Below, piece by piece: positions 27,758 to 30,135 of a stretch of 30,135 nt of DNA (positions are counted from its first letter, which is position 1; the number at the start of each line of letters is the position of its first letter). Both the position numbers and the translations under genes were made by a program. Origin of the DNA: a bacterium (GTDB lineage: Bacteria; Muiribacteriota; UBA6191); NCBI GenBank assembly GCA_036339875.1, contig JAYZAC010000050.1, positions 1 through 30,135 on the forward strand, in the 5' to 3' direction. Below the pieces are notes generated by a model. That model saw only the letters and a program-made list of their open reading frames with translations. It did no database searches and was not told where the DNA came from.

Positions 27758-28366
27758 TCAAAAGTCAGATATTCTACGCTCCAGATATGTCTTCAACATC
27801 TTTCTGGCTCGAAATATCCGAGCTTTAATCGTCCCCATGGGCAAATTGAGAATTTGAGAAATCTCTTTATAAGAGAGATTCTGCAAATGTCTCAGCACAA
27901 CCACTGATTTATAATCTAGAGGTAATTGTGAAATCGCCTCTTTCAGTATAGAACGTAGTTCAGCCCTAGTCTCGCTCTTCTCGAACTCCTCTGCTGACGA
28001 AGCAACAGTGGTTTTGCTCGATAACAAACCCTCAGCCCCAGAATCCATAATTACGTCAAGAGACGCTGTGCTGTCATTTCGCGTACGAAAATAATCAACA
28101 CACAAGTTGTTTACAGATTTCAACAACCAAGAGGAGAATTTATACTGGGGATTGTACTGTTCCAGATTTTTGTAGATCTTCACAAATGCTTCCTGTGAAA
28201 TATCCATCGCTACTTCAGCATCGCTAGTCATTCTATAAGCGACATTGAAAACCTGTTTCTTGTACTTTTCTACCAGTTCGGCGAATGCCTCCTTCTTCCC
28301 TCTCAAAACTTGCTGAACAATCTTGTAATCATCGTTCTCAATTTTGCTCTGTGGCTTCGAGCTCAT
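27758..28366 (-). CDS. ECF RNA polymerase sigma factor, SigW/RpoE-like
   Basis: Region 2 (AFAELVEKYKKQVFNVAYRM...DISQEAFVK...KFSSWL...NLCVDYFR) and region 4 (LP.DYK.VVVLR...LSYKEIS.IL.LPMGTIKARIFRAR). Confidence 0.96.
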   Translation of the reverse strand: MSSKPQSKIENDDYKIVQQVLRGKKEAFAELVEKYKKQVFNVAYRMTSDAEVAMDISQEAFVKIYKNLEQYNPQYKFSSWLLKSVNNLCVDYFRTRNDSTASLDVIMDSGAEGLLSSKTTVASSAEEFEKSETRAELRSILKEAISQLPLDYKSVVVLRHLQNLSYKEISQILNLPMGTIKARIFRARKMLKTYLERRISDF

Positions 28367-28373
28367 AATGGAC

Positions 28374-28400
28374 TACGCAAGGTGAATTTGAAAAGTTTCA
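28374..28400 (-). promoter_or_regulatory. Putative autoregulatory ECF promoter
   Basis: TGAAAC (28400-28395), TTTT tract, 17 nt spacer, CGTA (28377-28374), then 7 nt to the ATG. Matches the B. subtilis SigW/SigM-type consensus TGAAAC-N16/17-CGTA/C. Confidence 0.75.
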
Positions 28401-28476
28401 AAGTCTTAAAATAATTATCGATTAAATGTTATTAAGTTACCATCGGATACCGTAAATCGGACTCCTTGAAGCAGTC

Positions 28477-28505
28477 ATTCTAACAAGTTCACCCAGAATT
28501 TGCAG
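28477..28505 (-). promoter_or_regulatory. Extended -10 sigma70-type promoter upstream of the ECF gene
   Basis: TG-T-TAGAAT (28485-28477) with a weak -35, CTGCAA, at 17 nt spacing. Confidence 0.45.
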
Positions 28506-28527
28506 AGCTTTTTGACTACCACTACTA

Positions 28528-28944
28528 CTAACTTCGGGTACTTCGCATAAAATCGAAATAATCCTGAAGGATTATGGCTGCTGCAACTTCATCCTTTTTA
28601 CTTTTTGACTTTTTTGAATCAATACCCAAGGCACGCATTTGTCCCATAGCTCTGCGCGTTGACGTCCCTTCATCAAATAATCTCACCGAAAAATTATATG
28701 ACTCTAATAAATTTTTAAATTTATCAATCTCTTGAGACATTTTGGTTTCAAGACCTCTGACATCACAAGGTAAACCAAGAACTATAAATCGAATCTTCTG
28801 TTCTTCATTAAATGACATTAAAAAGTTAATCACATCTTTTGTAGAAATAGTTTCTAAGGGCAAAGCATACTGATCGTTTTCATCTCCCACTGCCAAGCCA
28901 CATCTAATCAAACCGAAATCAATACCCAAACAAACCGAACTCAC
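28528..28944 (-). CDS. ruvX: RuvX/YqgF family nuclease (pre-16S rRNA processing, Holliday-junction-resolvase-like)
   Basis: LGIDFG..RCGLAVGD, VLGLP, LFDEGTST, KDEVAAAIILQDY. GTG 28944 has an AGGTG SD; GTG 28953 is the alternative. Follows alaS. Confidence 0.93.
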   Translation of the reverse strand: MSSVCLGIDFGLIRCGLAVGDENDQYALPLETISTKDVINFLMSFNEEQKIRFIVLGLPCDVRGLETKMSQEIDKFKNLLESYNFSVRLFDEGTSTRRAMGQMRALGIDSKKSKSKKDEVAAAIILQDYFDFMRSTRS

Positions 28945-28945
28945 C

Positions 28946-30135
28946 TTAATCACCTAACATTGATTTAAGTAATTCTGGTATTTTTTGCATAGCTTGTGGA
29001 ATTTTATGTGGTTCACTACCGCCGGCCTGTGCCATATTTTTTCTACCACCACCCTTACCACCTACAATTAGAGCTAATTCAGATACTACTTTACCTGCGT
29101 CTAATCCTTTAGCAACCCAATCATCACTAACTTTACAAATCAAACTAACTTTCTGACCAGCATCATTAAATAGCACAAGTACACCTGAACCTATTTTTTG
29201 AATTGCCTGATCAGAAAGCGCCCTGAAAGTCTTGCTATCTAAACCCTCAAAATTTGCCTGGAGATAAGAAAGTTCACCAATTTTTGGCATATCAGAATAC
29301 ATTTTATCCATCTTACCAAGGCTTAATTCCTGCTTTAGTTTATCCAATTCTTTATTTTTAGCTCTGAGGTTGTCTTGCAAACTTTGAACCGTAGATACTA
29401 AGTCTCCTTTTTGTTTTAACTGACGTGAAATTTTATCAACAGTCTCATTTTCGATCTGAAATAATTGGAATGCACCACGACCTGTCACACCTTCTATTCG
29501 TCTGACACCTGCAGAGATACTGGATTCTGAAGTAACCTTGATCATACCAATTTCAAAAATGTCGTTAACGTGGCAACCGCCACAAAACTCCATACTGAAT
29601 TCAGGAACATCAATCACACGAACGAGATCACCATACTTCTCGCCAAAAGGACAAATAGCGCCCATTTGACGCGCCTCATCGAGAGATTTTAAGTGTACAA
29701 CAACACTTCTTCCGGTATTAATACGATTGAAAAGCTCGATTTCAAGCATTCTTATTTCACTGGAGGTCAAACCTCGATCAAATGTGAAATCAAATCGAAA
29801 ACGTTCGTGATCAACATAGGAACCTGCTTGCTGAATACTATCACCAAACTTTTCTCTCAGTACACCTTGTAACATATGCACAGCAGTGTGGTTGCGAGTT
29901 GTCGAATTCCTTTTAGCCTTATCAACCGTTAAAGTGAGATTTTCACTAAAATCTAAATGTCCACTTTCTAATTCACAAATATGCACAATCTGGCCATCTT
30001 CTTTTTGAGTATCTAATACCTTTAATTTCATGGCATGATTCGAAATCCAACCTTGATCCCCCACCTGACCTCCACTTTCAGCATAAAACGGTGTTTTATC
30101 AAGTATAATTTTCACCCATTCCGATGAACTTGAGA
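28946..30135 (-). CDS. alaS: Alanine--tRNA ligase, C-terminal part (5'-truncated by the window edge)
   Basis: LDKTPFYAESGGQVGD, editing motifs NHTAVH and EFCGGCHV, AGVRRIE, and C-Ala GGKGGGR..MAQAGG. The frame is open to the window edge. Confidence 0.98.
   Translation of the reverse strand, partial: SSSSEWVKIILDKTPFYAESGGQVGDQGWISNHAMKLKVLDTQKEDGQIVHICELESGHLDFSENLTLTVDKAKRNSTTRNHTAVHMLQGVLREKFGDSIQQAGSYVDHERFRFDFTFDRGLTSSEIRMLEIELFNRINTGRSVVVHLKSLDEARQMGAICPFGEKYGDLVRVIDVPEFSMEFCGGCHVNDIFEIGMIKVTSESSISAGVRRIEGVTGRGAFQLFQIENETVDKISRQLKQKGDLVSTVQSLQDNLRAKNKELDKLKQELSLGKMDKMYSDMPKIGELSYLQANFEGLDSKTFRALSDQAIQKIGSGVLVLFNDAGQKVSLICKVSDDWVAKGLDAGKVVSELALIVGGKGGGRKNMAQAGGSEPHKIPQAMQKIPELLKSMLGD

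Noticed and set aside
713..27828. Short (62-97 aa) alternative-frame and antisense ORFs in the track, e.g. 713-952, 2290-2487, 4765-5055, 6015-6296, 8927-9127, 14078-14278, 14396-14641, 20945-21172, 26769-27062
   Set aside because: All lie inside well-supported genes and show no recognisable motifs; they are consistent with shadow ORFs.
28432..28466. Mini-ORF Met-Val-Thr with AGGAG upstream and an ATCGGA direct repeat in the ECF leader
   Set aside because: The SD is 18 nt from the ATG, and a 6-mer repeat is within chance expectation.
1..30135. CRISPR array, tRNA/rRNA, IS or prophage, defence island, alternative genetic code
   Set aside because: Intergenic gaps are at most about 160 nt with no repeat-spacer or cloverleaf pattern. 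No transposase, integrase or phage genes were seen, and TAA, TAG and TGA all terminate conserved genes at their expected ends.

Overview
Gene-dense, AT-rich bacterial chromosomal segment; all three stop codons are in use, consistent with the standard bacterial code. Two long gene runs converge at about 18640. The + strand run (1-18638) carries a TPR protein, era, an enlarged signal peptidase I, an S8 protease, a beta-sandwich putative lipoprotein, a Cache-like/HAMP/GAF/GGDEF cyclase with a degenerate-GGDEF partner, metG, tatD, a second TPR protein, pgeF, pdxJ and three paralogous HEAT-repeat proteins. The - strand run (30135-18641) carries alaS (partial), ruvX/yqgF, a SigW-like ECF sigma factor with a hybrid anti-sigma/FecR protein, the tyrosine-catabolism operon hmgA-hppD-fahA-maiA, serS, a membrane-anchored hypothetical protein, an RsuA-family pseudouridine synthase and yraN. 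I saw no rRNA, tRNA, CRISPR array or mobile element. Best leads: (1) an ECF module whose putative own promoter (TGAAAC-N17-CGTA) would start transcription at the ATG, paired with a zinc-less RsiW-like/FecR anti-sigma, plus a second ECF-type promoter at 4065; (2) a HEAT-repeat trio with a shared C-terminal domain and an identical L[S/T]KINS end in two members; (3) matching promoter-overlapping, SD-occluding hairpins in front of serS and hmgA; (4) a signal peptidase I with two extra domains; (5) an active/dead GGDEF pair coupled to metG. All calls come from reading motifs by eye; no database searches or folding calculations were run.
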